Shown: positions 25,060 to 38,012 of the stretch, piece by piece
How positions within the stretch are numbered: position 1 is the stretch's first letter
Layout: each line of letters begins with the position of its first letter
Assembly (NCBI RefSeq): GCF_963921235.1
Contig: NC_086097.1
Location: 24,926,001 to 24,990,000, forward strand
DNA length: 64,000 bases
Origin: Mobula hypostoma
Taxonomy: Eukaryota
Direction: 5' to 3'
Translations under genes and position numbers: made by a program
Notes under the pieces: generated by a model
Told to the model about the DNA's origin: nothing
Seen by the model: the letters and a program-made list of their open reading frames with translations, nothing else
Databases searched by the model: none

Positions 25060-26147
25060 TTTGACCTTGTTGCAAAGGGAAAGTCTGTCCATAACGAGCA
25101 GGATTTCACAGTGTCCTACCGTTTTTAATTCCAATCCCCATTCCTATTTTAACATGTTGTTCCAAGGCTTCCTCTACTGCCATGATGAGGCCACCCTCAG
25201 GTTGGAGGAGAAACCTTTCATATTCTATCTGGATAATTTACTGTAATGTTCCCCCTCTGCTTCTCTGTTCATCCATTCTCCATTCTGGCTCCCCTCTTAC
25301 CTCTTCTCTTCTCCTCACCTGTCCATTACTTTCCTCTGGTGCCCCCCACCTTCCCCCCATGGTCTATTCTCCTCTCCTACCAGATTTTTTCTTCTTCACC
25401 CCTTTACCTTCCCACCTATCGCCTCTGAGCTTCTCACTTCATCCCTATACTCCTCTACCCACATATAAGACCATAAGACCATAAGACAAAGGAGCAGAAG
25501 TTGGCCATTCGGCCCATCAAGTCTGCTCCGCCATTTTATCATGAGCTGATTCATTCTCCCATTTAGTCCCACTCCCCCGCCTTCTCACCATAACCTTTGA
25601 TGCCCTGGCTACTCAGATACCTATCAATCTCTGCCTTAAATACACCCAATGACTTGGCCTCCACTGCCACCTGTGGCGACAAATTCCATAGATTCACCAC
25701 CCTCTGGCTAAAAAATTTCTTCACATCTCTGTTCCGAATAGGCGCCCTTCAATCCTTAAGTCATGCCCTCTCGTACTAGACTCCCCCATCATGGGAAACA
25801 ACTTTGCCACATCCACTCTGTCCATGCCTTTCAATATTCAAAATGTTTATATGAGGTCCCCCCTCATTCTTCTAAACTCCAAGGAATACAGTCCAAGAGC
25901 GGACAAACGTTCCTCATATGTTAACCCTCTCATTCCCTCTCAACCCATATCTTCCTTTTCACCCGGCTTCACCTATCACTTTCTAGCATGTACACCCTCC
26001 CTTCCCCCAAACTTCTCATTCAGGCTTCTTCCCCCTTCCTTTCCAGTCAGGGTGAAGGGTCTCAACACAAAACGTAAACAGTATGTTCCTTTCCATAGCG
26101 GCTGCCTGATATGCTGAGTTCCTCCAGCATTTTCTATGTGTTACTGT
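25060..26147 (+). mobile_element. Penelope 3' fragment and pLTR, with nested antisense CR1 3' end (25465-25938)
   Basis: FNSNPHS..LYCHDEATLRLEE; degenerate hammerhead at 26044-26081; nested CR1 begins ataagaccataagaccataaga. Confidence 0.85.
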
Positions 26148-26219
26148 GAACATGAGAGTCTCCATTCACATAGCAAACTCTCAGGAGTGAGAGAGTCAAG
26201 GAGAATCCAAGAGGCTCTT

Positions 26220-26640
26220 ATTCTCCTGACATGATTCTTTATACTCCTTCAACACAAAGACAAGAATAAATGATTAACTACAGATTCACTGTGAGAATGA
26301 CTGAGAGGATCATAGGGGTCTCCCTACCATCCATCAGGGACACTTATCAGGAGCACTGTGTATGTAGGGATCTTAGTATTATCAAGGATACCACCCCCCC
26401 CCCCACCACCCATCCATCTTTGGCTTTCTACCATCAGGTAGGAGACTCCGATGCATAAAAACAAGAATGGTCAGGATGGGAAACAATTTTTCTTTCAGGC
26501 CATTAGGCTTCTGACTTCAAAGTGTCACCGGTTAATCTGTTCTATACATGACAATATTTAATTTATGCACTTTACTTTGTTTATTTTTGTGTAGTTCATC
26601 TGTAGATTTTATCCTAAGTTATTGTGTGTTATATGTGTAT
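26220..26640 (+). mobile_element. Rex1-type 3' fragment
   Basis: VRMTERIIGVSLPSIRD..SIIKD; QAIRLL. Confidence 0.75.
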
Positions 26641-26644
26641 GATG

Positions 26645-27840
26645 TGTGGGCTGAGAGGTGAAAGATGGAGTTCAACTCAGGGAAGTGTGAGATGGTTCAT
26701 TTTGGTAGGTCAAATATGATGGCAGAATATAGTATTAATAGTAAGACTCTTGGCTGTGTGGAGGATCAGAGGGATCTTGGGGTCCAAGTCCATAGGACGC
26801 TCAAAGCTGCTGTGCAGGTTGACTCTGTGGTTAAGAAGGCGTCCGGTGCATTGGCCTTCATCATTCGTGGAATTGAGTTTATGAGCCAAAAGGTAATGTT
26901 GCAGTTATATAGGACCCTGGTCAGACCCCACTTGGAGTACCGTGCTCAATTCTGGTCGCCTCAGTACAGGAAGGATGTGGAAGCCATAGAAAGGGTGCAG
27001 AGGAGATTTACAAGGAGGTTGCCTGGATTGGGGAGCATGCCTTATGAGAATAGGTTGAGTGAACTTGGCCTTTTCTCCTTGGAGCGACGGAGGATAAGAA
27101 GTAACCTGATAGAGGTGTATAAGATGATGACAGGCATTCATCGTGTGGATAGTCAGAGGCTTTTTCCCAGGGCTGAAATGGCTAACATGAGAGGGCACAG
27201 TTTTAAGGTGTTTAGAAGTAGGTACAGAGGAGATGTCAGGGATAAGTTTTTTTTATGCAGAGAGTGGTGAGTGCATGGAATGGGCTCCCGTTTGTAATAG
27301 TGTTGAGGAGTGGCTCCATGATTATAAAACTAACTTGTAAGTTAAGTACCAAAACAGATCTGCCTTAACAGGCAGGGATACACCTTTAACAATGCATCAA
27401 CCTGCAGGAAAAAATGTAAATAAGGTTAAAAGGGTGCAAAGAAAATTTACAAGGATGTTGCCAGGACTGGATGACCTGAGATCAGGAAAGATTGAATAGG
27501 TTCGGGCTTTATTCCCTAGACTGTAGAAGACTGAGGGAGATTTGATAGAGGTATACAAAGTTATGAGAGGTATAGATAGGGTAACTGTAAGCAGGCTTTT
27601 CTCACTGAGTTTGGGTGGAACTACAACTAGAGGTCATGGGTTAAGGGTGAAAGGTAAAAAGTTTAAGGGGAACATGAGAAGAAAATTCTTCACTTAGAAG
27701 ATCGTGAGAGTGTGGAACAAGCTGCCAACACAAGTGGTGCATACAAGCTGGATTTCAATGTTTAAGAGAAGTTTGGATAGATACATTGATGGAAAAGGAA
27801 TGGAGGGCTATGTTTCAGGATCAGGTCAATGGTAGTAGGA
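26645..27840 (+). mobile_element. Two CR1 3' fragments (26645-27290; 27415-27840)
   Basis: ORF 26665-27270 MEFNSGKC..LYRTLVRPHLEY..ERVQRRFTR. Confidence 0.9.
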
Positions 27841-28179
27841 AGCTTGTGTACAAGTTTAATTTCCTGAAATCTGGTTCTGACTTCAGTTAATCCATAATTA
27901 CGCTGTCCATAATTTCATAACCCCAGAAGGATCCCTAAATCCCAGGCTCTAACGTCCAATTTTTACAGATCCATAATTACATACATCCACTCATGAGGAG
28001 CTGAAGCCCTGGTACATAACCTGTCCAGCCATCAGTCCCAGCACCAGCTGCTTTGGAGCTCCCTCTGCTGTCAAACAAAGCAACCTGCAGTTCCATCCAA
28101 CTTCTTTCTGGATGTCAGAAGACTCAATGAACACTCCTTGCTTGGTTCTTGTGTAGCAAAATGCAGTGGCCAGTCCACG

Positions 28180-28690
28180 AGACAATAAGAAATAGGAGCA
28201 GAATTAGGCCATTCATTCCACCTAGCCTGCTCTGCCATTCGATCATGGCTTATTTATTTTCCTTCTCAACCCCATCTGCTTTCTTTTCCCCACAACCTTC
28301 GTCACTTATTATAATCAACACCCACTTTAGATATATCCAGTGACTTGGCGCCCGCAGACATCTGTGGTAATGACTTCCACAGATTCACCATCCCCTGGCT
28401 AAAGAAATTCCTCCACATCTTTGCTCTAAAGCCTTGTATTCTGAGGCTGTGCCATCTGAGACTCCCCCACTACATGAAACTTTTTCTTCACATCCTCTCT
28501 ATCTAGGTTTTACAATATTCAGTATATTTCAATGAGAATCCCCCCCCTCATTCTTCTAAACTCCAGCAGGTACAGGCCCAGAGCCAATAAACTCTCCTCA
28601 TGCGTTAACACTTTCATTCCCAGGATCATTCTTCTGAACTTCCTCAGGATACTCCTCAACGCCAGCATATCCTTTCTTAGATAAGGCAGT
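28180..28690 (-). mobile_element. CR1 3' fragment
   Basis: Antisense CR1 3' UTR and RRNFFSQ motif. Confidence 0.85.
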
Positions 28691-28999
28691 CAGTGCCTAG
28701 CAAGCTGCAGGAAACATCAAACGAATAAACTCAGACTGGTGGCATTTGAGTGAATTAGGGGCATTTAAGAAACTCCTAGACAGGCACATTGATGATGGAA
28801 AAATGGGGGTGATGTGGGAGAGGAGGCTTAGGGTAGGTTAAAAGGTTGGCACAGTATTGTGGGCCAAAGGGCCTGTACTGTGCTGTAGTTTTCTATATTA
28901 TATTCTACGAATATTGAGTGTTGGCTAAATATTGGCTGGGATTCAGGGGTAACTGGAGACACAGGAGTAACACACACAGGCTGCTGGAGGAACTCAACA

Positions 29000-29288
29000 A
29001 TTCAATGTTCAAAGTTTAAAGTTCGAAGTAAACTTACTATCAAAGTACGTATATGTCACTGTATGGTATCCAGAGATTCATTTACTTGCTGACGTTCACA
29101 GTAGAACAAAGAAATATAATAGAATCAGTGAAAAACTGCACACAGAGACTGACAAGCAACCAATGTGCAAAAGACGACAAAATGTGAAAATACAAATAAG
29201 TAAATAAATAACACTGAGAACATGAGTCACAGAGTCCTTGAAAGTGAACCTGTAGTTGGTGGAACTGGTTCAGAGTTGAAGTGAATGA
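29000..29288 (-). mobile_element. Rex1-type 3' UTR
   Basis: ttcaaagtttaaagttcgaagtaaactt tail; homologous to 9830-10130. Confidence 0.7.
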
Positions 29289-31955
29289 TGTAATGTATGG
29301 ATCTATTTATTTTAGAGCAATGATCTGCCCCTTAGCACTATGTATTGATCTGATGTCTGTGCATGCACTGTTGTCTATGTATGCGCATTACTCCCCCTCT
29401 CTCTGTATTGTAACATGAAGAACGTAGAGAAGCAAAAGAAAGCCCCTGCACTTCTTAGCTTAATGAGTGCAAGGATGTATAGTCTCTTATGCAACCTAGT
29501 AACCCCTGGAAAGCCAGCAAGCATGATGTTTGACGAAATTGTTACAATTTTACAAAATTTCTTGAGTCCTTTCCTAAACCACTGGTAATAGCTGAGAGGT
29601 TTAGACTTTACAAAAGGAACCAGTCAAAAGATGAAAGCATTTCTGAATACATTGCAGAACTGCGCAAACTTTTCCAGTACTGTGACTTTAGAGATGGACT
29701 TTCTGAAGCATTAACAGATAGACTTGTATGTGGCATGCATAGTCAAAGCACTCAAAAGAAGCTACTGACAGAAAGAGACCCAACCTTAGAACAGGCATTG
29801 ACCATAGCAACGTCGTTAGATACTGTAGCAAAGAATGCAGCAGAACTACAGAAAAGGGAGGTTAGAATGTGAAATGCACAAAATATACCTGAATGTTGTA
29901 AAAAGCCAAAAATGTTATTGATGTGGCTGATCCTCTCATGATGCAACTAACTGTTGGTTCGAAGAAAAAGTCTGCAGAAAGTGTTACAGACAAGGGCACA
30001 TAGTGAGAATGTGCAAGGTAAACAAAAACCCAGTGAAAAATCTCTAACACAGAACTAAGCAAATGCATAAAGTGACCAAATGTAAAACAGAATCAGACAA
30101 CATAGAGTTTGACAAAGGAGAGCTTGCATAGAACTGCATAGTATTTCTGAAACAGATTTCAATATAATGTGGATCACAATAGATGCGTCTTGGTGTAAAA
30201 CTGAAAATGGAACTGGATACAGGGTCAACTTTGTCCATAATTCCAGAGGCTGACTACAACAGACTGTTTACAAATTTAGCATTAGAGAAAACTTCAGTGA
30301 TGCTAAAGAGTTACACAGGTGAAAAATTAACTCCCAAAGGCAAACTGAAGATAAATGGGACAGGTGGAAGTCAAACACAACAGTTAGAGCTTTATGTATT
30401 GAAAAGTGGAGGACCAGTTCAAGGGTACCAAAAAACACAGCAATGCTGTGTTACTTCTTCCAGTATTGGCAACTGAAGAAAAAAGTCTTCATACTGTGAC
30501 CCAGCAGAAGTGTTCCACACCGCATTGGTGGACCAGTTGCCGGTAACAAATTTCAAATTACAAAGGGAAAACAAGGAATAACCCAACATTGTCAAAAGTC
30601 TATGAAATTATCATGCAAGGATGGCCAATTCATGGTAACCCTGTGTTTCCAGAGTTCTCAGCAAGACAAAACTAAAGAATACTGATGTGCGGATTTTGTG
30701 TTGTGGTTCCCTCTAAACTATGCACCGGAATGTTAGAAAATGTGCATGAAGGATACCTGGGTACAATCAAGATGAAGAGTCTCTCCTGGAGCTATGTGTG
30801 TGGCTGGGAATAAATAAACAGACTGAAGACTTGGCCAAAAGTTCAAAATGCATCCCTACAGGCACTGTTACTCCCGTGGGAGTGGCTGTTATTACCGTGG
30901 CAAAGAGAACATATTGACTTTGCTGGGCCATTCATGGACTCCATGTTACTGAATGCTGTGGATGCTCATTCGAAGTGGCCGGAGGTCATACCGATGAAAT
31001 CAACCACCTCAGCAAAGATTGTCTCCTCCCTGAGGATGATCTTCACCAGAAATAGCTTACCGGAATTGTGAGTGACAACAGACCACAATACATGTCAGAA
31101 GAATTCCAACTGTTCATGAAGAAAAATGGCATCAGACATTTCAAGTCAGCTCCTCACCACCCAGCAACAAATGGGTAGCTGAAAGGTTTATCCAAACCTT
31201 CCAAGAGTCCATTAAAATGATGGACAAGGAGAACATTTCTCTACAGCATGAGGTGGACAACTTCCTTTTTGTGTATCAGAACTCTGTTCATGCAATGACA
31301 AATCAAACACCTGCAATGCTCTTCAGGAGCAGGAATCAGAGATCTTGCATAGACCTCATAAAACCATTCCTCTGGAAGGAAGTTCAGCCAGTTGCCAAGT
31401 GAAGCAGCAAGGAGCTTCGAGATTGGACAGGAAGTCTTAGTGCTTGACAAGTGGACACCTGGTAGGATAGCTACAGGAACTGGACCACTGATGTACACAG
31501 TGGATGTTGGAGATCAGACATGGTCATGTCATGTGGACCAGATACTGGATGCTCAACCAAAGAACACACCTGAGTCAACTGCATCCAACAAGATGGTCAC
31601 ATCACAGTCACCGGACTTACCTCTCAGTGATAATCATGTCAATGATAGAACAATGACATGGGAAAGAATGTACGTTGTCTTAGACAAGACACCTTCCAAA
31701 CCCAATGCTACTCCACAAGTCCAGAGGTACTATCCTGAAAGAAACAGAGCACCATTCAAAAGGCTGAGCATTTAGAACTGTGAAATTAGTTATGGACTGT
31801 TACTGTGAAAGCACGTTAATGAAAGGGAAATTGAATGTTTAGTACATACACAATTTGATTATGCATTAACCTAAAGGGGGAGGAAGTGTGATGTATGGAT
31901 CTATTTCTTTTAGATTAATGATTCTCCCCTTAGCATTACATATTGATCTGTTCAT
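29289..31955 (+). mobile_element. Internally deleted Gypsy LTR retrotransposon (gag, protease, integrase; RT/RNase H missing)
   Basis: Matching LTR starts tgtaatgtatggatctattt (29289) and tgtgatgtatggatctattt (31887); PPT aaagggggaggaag; gag knuckle CRKCYRQGHIVRMC; MELDTGS; integrase HIDFAGPF..VDAHSKWPEV. Confidence 0.9.
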
Positions 31956-32084
31956 GTTTTTCTCTTTCTTTCTTTCTCTCTCTCTCTCGCTCTCTCTCTC
32001 TCTCATGCCATTCACATACTTTGCACATATAATCCATAATGAATTATGTAAGTAAACAAAAAATGTTTAATCAAACAATATATT

Positions 32085-32358
32085 GATGGCACAGTAGCGA
32101 ACAACACTTTACAGTACCAGCGACCCAGGTTCAGTTCCTGTCGTGCCTGTAAGGACTTTGTACGTTCTCCTTGTGACCATGTGGGTTTCCTCTGGGTGCT
32201 CTGGTTTCCACCCATAGTCTAAAGATGTACCCATTAGTAGGTCATTGTAAGTTGTCCTGTGATTAGGCTAGGATTAAATTGGGGGATTGTTGGGCAGCAC
32301 GGCTTAAAGGGCCAGAAGGGCCTATTGCACACAGCATGTCAATAAAATAAACAAATAC
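32085..32358 (+). mobile_element. V-SINE-like tRNA-derived SINE
   Basis: Decayed A/B boxes (tggcacagtagcg, ggttcagttcc); V-domain gtgggtttcctctgggtgctctggtttcc; (AAAT)n tail. Confidence 0.75.
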
Positions 32359-34524
32359 CTACAATATTATTCAAATATTCCTGAAATATTGAATACACTA
32401 CACTCCTCCCTGCTTAGCTATAAACTCCAACTAAAGACAGAGTGCATCTTAACTCAAATGTGTAACATATTGCTCTCTAGTCATTATATACCGTATACTA
32501 TATAATACAACTACTATAAAGATATTTATAGCATTGTAAATTTTAAGTTGTCCCATTCAGGGCTAAAGATTTAATCACTGTGGAGGATTTCTACTCTTGT
32601 GGCATAATGTCATTCCTGAAAGAGGGCTCACTCTGCTTGACCGGTGAGATTTACTGCCGTGAAATAATCTCAGATTCTGGAGTCTCCTTCATGGTGGTTA
32701 TAGGAGTTCACTCTGGGACTGCAGGAAGTGGTTCTGACAGCTCCAGACAACTGTCTTCTCTAACAATTGACTCTGCTCTCCTCAACTGATCGATGTGCCA
32801 TCTCCAGATGACATCAGACACAATCTCCATTGTGGTCCAGTTCTGTCCTTAATCTTACCGAGTATCCACTTTTGATCACCTCTGTAGTCCCTCGCCAGGA
32901 TTGCTTGTCCAGGAGTGAAACATCAAGCCTCTTTGTTTGAGGAGCCCTCAATTTGTCTCAGCTGTCTGTCCTGCATTCTCCTTCTGAGACTGGGTCTGAG
33001 GAGATCCAAGCGTGAGCACAAGTGATGACCCAGGAGCAGCATAGGTGAGCTGTCGGTTGTGGAGCGTGCTGCATTGCAATATGCAAGGAGGTCATTTGTG
33101 AGCTCCTGATTCAGTGTCAGTGTAGTGTGTTCTGCTGACATTGCTCACAGTGCATTCTTTAGAACCTGGACAAACCTTTCCACTAAGCCATTTATAGCTG
33201 TGTGGTATGGTTTAGATGTAATATATCTTATTCCATTCATTTTCAGGAACAGCTGAAACTGTTCCACAACAAACTGCAGTCCATTGTCACTGACTATGTG
33301 TTCTGGAACACCAGTCCCTGAGAAAAGGCTTCTCACCACATCAACAGTGTGCCAGGCTGTAGCGGAGGCTATTCTCGTCATATTACTATCAAGAAATGTG
33401 TGCCCATCAGTGATCAGTCAAAGTCTACATGAATTCTCTGTGAGGGCAATGTAGGCCATTCCCAGGGATGGAGAGGCACTGCTCTTGGCATCTTCTGGAC
33501 GTGTTGGCATCCCAAACAGTGCATGGCAGGCTGCTCGATCTGCTGATCTATCCCAGGCCACCGGACAAAACTTCGGACCAACACTTCCATTTTGACCATG
33601 CCTAGATGACCAGTGTTACAAGAATCACCCCTTGTAATAATGATCAGGGAGACACAGATAGATCTGCATTTACTGATAAGTACCCTTACTGTCTAAATTA
33701 ACGAGCATGAGAATGCATACACTAAATAGTTTGTGTACACACCAACTAACTTTCCTTGACCTTCAATGAACAGTGAAAGAACAGAAATATAATACCAGTT
33801 AAAAAGGAGTTTCTGCTGCTGGCCACGTTCCTCGTAGTTTCATTTCAAATCTCCACGTGTCCATGGGCACCTCAAAGGTGGGTCTCTGGTTGCTGAAGTT
33901 TACTCCAAAAATAAGCCTATTATAGCGATAAAGCCCTTTGTGAGGGTTTATGGTGAGAAACACTTTGGACTTTTCTTCCATCTCCTTCTGTACGTAGGCC
34001 TCATCTAATTCCATTCTGCTGAAGTGTTTCCCTCCAGAAAGATTTGCAAAGATATCCTCTATCCTGGGCAGAGGATATTGATCTACTTTCAGTACTGGGT
34101 TGATGGTGACCTTAAGATCACCACAGATCCTGACAGACCCATCCTTCTTTTCTACTGAGACCCCTGGCATTGCCCATGGGCTCCACTCAACCTTTCAAAG
34201 AGTTCTTTCAGTCTCCATGCGATCTAGCTCCCTGGCTATTTTATCACAGATGGTATGAGGAACCAAATGGACTTTGTAAAACTTGGGTGTAATATTTTCA
34301 TTTAACACTATTTTACCCTTGATATGTTGGAGTTTTCCAATGCCATCCTTGAACACTGCTGTAGCATCATCCAGTACCTTTCTTAATTTCCTTTCAGTTG
34401 ACACTATCGCAGGGGGTGTGGCATGCAAATGGTAGCTGGATCGCCAGTCAAGTTGTAGTTGTCTCAGCCATTCACAGCCCACAATTCGGGCCTTCCTAGT
34501 TTTACCACGTAAAAGCCCAAGGCC

Positions 34525-34752
34525 CCGCTTCTGTCTGTAAGGAGTTTGTACATTCGCCCTGTGACCACGTAGGCTTCGTCCAGGTGCTCCAGTTTCCTCC
34601 CACAGTCCAAAGGCATACCGGTTGGTAAGTTAATTGGTCACTGTAAATTGTCCATTATTTGGCTAGGGTTAACTTGGGGAATTGTTGGGCAGAGTGGCTT
34701 GAAGGGTCAGAAGGGTCTATTCGATGCTATAGCTCAATACATAAATAAATAA
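34525..34752 (+). mobile_element. 5'-truncated V-SINE-like SINE
   Basis: Homologous to 32140-32358. Confidence 0.75.
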
Positions 34753-34944
34753 ATCTGGCTTGTTGATTGTTGTATTTCACTGTTATGAATGTCATTCCCA
34801 CAGGAAAGAGTAATCTTTTCTCCAGTATACAGTAATTTCTTAGTTGGATATCTACAGGCTTCAGTTCAGGATCTTTGAAATGCCATTCAAACTCAGTTTG
34901 CGAAATGACTGAAAATGCTGAGCCAGTGTACCAGTCCATTTTAT

Positions 34945-35540
34945 ACTTTATATTTTATACTTTATTGTCACCAAACAATTGATACTAGAACGTACAATCA
35001 TCATAGCAATATTTGGCTCTGTGCTTCCCGCTCCCTGGATTACAAATCGATAGTAAATATTAAAAATTTAAATTATAAATCATAAATAGAAAATAGAAAA
35101 ATGGAAAGTAAGGTAGTGCAAAAAAAACCGAGAGACAAGTCTGGATATTTGGAGGATACGGCCCAGATCCGGGTCAGGATCCGTTCAGCAGTCTTATCAC
35201 AGTTGGAAAGAAGCTGTTCCCAAATCTGGCCGTACAAGTCTTCAAGCTCCTGAGCCTTCTCCCGGAGGGAAGAGGGACGAAAAGTGTGTTGGCTGGGTGG
35301 GTCGTGTCCTTGATTATCCTGGCAGCACTGCTCTGACAGCGTGCGGTGTAAAGTGAGTCCAAGGACAGAAGATTGGTTTGTGTGATGTGCTGCCCCGTGT
35401 TCACGATCTTCTGCAGCTTCTTCCGGTCTTGGACAGGACAACTTCCATACCAGGTTGTGATGCACCCTAGAAGAAGGCTTTCTACGGTGCATCTATAAAA
35501 ATTCGTGCGGGTTTTAGGGGACAGGCCAAATTTCTTTGAT
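34945..35540 (-). mobile_element. Rex1-type 3' fragment nested in Gypsy
   Basis: ORF 35174-35404 IIKDTTHPAN..LPSGRRLRSLKT..FFPTVIRLLN. Confidence 0.88.
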
Positions 35541-35780
35541 TTCTAATTAATTTGCTGTTCACTTCTGGTGTAAGACATATGGCTTGTCCCTTGATAGTTT
35601 TAACTTTGTAAATCTCTTGGCTACCCGGTCCAATGTCACTCCCATCATTCTCAGACTTTTATCAACAACATTTAGATTAATGCTCTTTCTGAAACTGCAA
35701 CTTGACTTTTTTTCTTCCCTGTACAGTCCATGTATTCCTGTTTCCCCAATATCCTCTTTATATGTATCCTACTTTGTGCA

Positions 35781-36415
35781 AAATGATTGTTGTGGCATCT
35801 CTCGGGTGGTAGAGTAGTGAATAGGGCTTGTTGCTCTCACTTTCAGCTTCCACCGCTGGCTAGCAGTCTCACAAATTGGAGAGAAGAGCATGTAATTCTC
35901 TCTCTGCCAGTATGTAGCCTCTTTAACAGCAAGCCACATGTAGTGACTCCTCACTGACAACACACAGAAACTGAACTCCTTTTGGACTCAGGCTGAACTA
36001 CAGAGGACGGGCAGATGGTCTGGCCCCTGCACATGTAGCACACAGGCCTACCGATGCATGGATACATTCTGGTGCTCGTGAACCAGATCCCCAGCTATGG
36101 GTAAATAGCCCACTGCCTTGTTGGCAGCCTCGGGAGAGACAAAGGCTATGAGAGTAAATCCAGACAATAAACTCAGAGCAGAGCCCCTAAGGTGGCTGGA
36201 TGACATTGAACATCCTTCCAGCAGTTCCTGCAGCCAAGCAGGTACCAAAAGTATTGCTTCATAAGTTTTCCTTTGGACTACAGTGGTGAGGCCAAGAGGG
36301 GGATCTTGATGACTGGGCACCTCGGCATCTCCATACCTTCTGCCCAGGCTTATGATAATGATCATCACCACCCATTGTCCTTCAAGACAGACAGATGACA
36401 ACCACCATCACTACC
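35781..36415 (+). mobile_element. Non-coding RTE-related retroposon with TSD, inserted in Gypsy gag
   Basis: TSD actttgt(t)gca at 35771-35780 and 36416-36426; 3' hairpin tgtc-cttcaa-gaca followed by an (ACC)-like tail. Confidence 0.7.
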
Positions 36416-36909
36416 ACTTTGTTGCATGTTCTGCAAGTTTTGAATTTAGATCTGCATTGATCTGGTGTATGTGAGCCCCCTGCCACAGCGCTAACACAAT
36501 TTGTTCACCAGGCCGGTTTCTGTATAGACATTGTAACTTTGTTTATGCTCACTTTTGTTCCTGACTGCAACTCACATGCATCTCTGGCTGCTGTTTCCAT
36601 TGATACAGTGATTTCAACTGCTCTTTTAAATGTGAGTTGTGCTTTAGTTAGCTGTTGTTGAATGTTTACTTGTGAGATTCCACAAACTAAATAATCTGTC
36701 AGTGCATCATTACATTGTTACTGAACTGACAATTTCTTCAATTCAGCCACACAAGCTGAAATAGACTCCTCTTCCTTTTGCAGTACATTACAGGAACACA
36801 ATACCTGCACTGAACATGATGCCAAATTAAACTAAATCTTTTCATTTGGGACATGGCCTATATCCCTCCATTCCCTGATATTTGTGTGTACATCTAACAG
36901 CCTCCATAA

Positions 36910-37445
36910 CATCAACCATTTTAAATCCTATCCCCATTCCCATTCCAACATGTCAGTCCATGGACTCCTATTTTGCTGTGATAGGGCCACTCTCAGGTTG
37001 GAGGACCAATACCTCATATTTCGTTTAGGTAGCCTCGAATTTGATGGCATGATCATTGATTTCTCCTTCCAGTATTTTTTTTTTGCTCCCCTTTCCCTCT
37101 TCTTCTATTCCCTACTCTGGCCTCTTACATCTTCTCCTCACCTGCTTATCTCCTGCCCCTGTTGACCCTCCTTCTCCCCTTTCTACTATGGTCCACTCTC
37201 TTCTCCTATCAGATTCCTTCCTCTCCAGCTCTTTGCCTTTCCTACCTACCTGCCTTCATCTATCACCTTCTAGCTAGTCCTCCTTCCCCTCCTGCCATTT
37301 TTATTCTGGGATCTTCACCCTTCATTTGCAGTCTTGATGAAGGGTCTTGGCCTGAAACATTGATTATTTATTCATTTCCATAGATGCTGCCTGACCTGCT
37401 GAGCTCCTCTAGCATTTCGTGTGTGTTGCTCTGCAACGTCTGCTT
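36910..37445 (+). mobile_element. Penelope 3' fragment and pLTR with degenerate hammerhead (37329-37365)
   Basis: HFKSYPHSHSNMSVHGLL..LRLEDQYLIFRLGSL; cagtcttgatgaagggtcttggcctgaaac. Confidence 0.85.
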
Positions 37446-38012
37446 CCACCTCGACGCCTGGAATTGTGTAACATAGCATGGATTTCAGATTCAGATTTAT
37501 TTATTTATCACAGTGAAATGAGTCATATGCATTAACAACCAACCCAACCTAAGGATGTGCTGAGGGCAGCCCACAAGTGTTGCCATATATTCCATTTGGA
37601 AAAAGGCCCTTTGGCCTATCTTGTCAATGTTGACCAATGTACTCATGAAGCTAATCCCATCTGTCATTTCCCTGGAAGCCCGTTCCAGGCACCAAACTCA
37701 CTCTGTGTAAAACACTTGCCTTCAACATTTCCCTTAAGTTTTCCCACTCTCAGTTTAAATACATGCCCTCTGGTGCTTGACATTACTATTCTGGTAAAAA
37801 AATCTACACAAAGGAAGGGTCTCAGCCCAAAACCTCAACTGTTCACCATCTTCCATACATGCTGACTGACCTACTGAGTTCCTCGAAGAATAAAGAATTA
37901 TGTAAAAAGATAAATTTAAAAATTTAAGCACAAATATGGAATAAAATGTGCATAAATACATAAATACCTTTGCACTTACAATGCAAACAATATTGGCAGA
38001 GCAGATTTAATA

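Larger units (their letters stand above)
32005..36785 (-). mobile_element. Decayed Gypsy LTR retrotransposon with several nested insertions
   Basis: LTR start and PPT near 32400-32415; integrase VPEHIVSDNG..NGLVERFVQ; RT KKDGSVRICGDLKVTINP..YPLPRIEDIF; protease ~34727-34940; gag knuckles near 36420-36500. Confidence 0.9.

Noticed and set aside
27960..28160. Unique island after a ttttacAG acceptor
   Set aside because: All three frames stop within about 12 codons of the acceptor; no recognisable product
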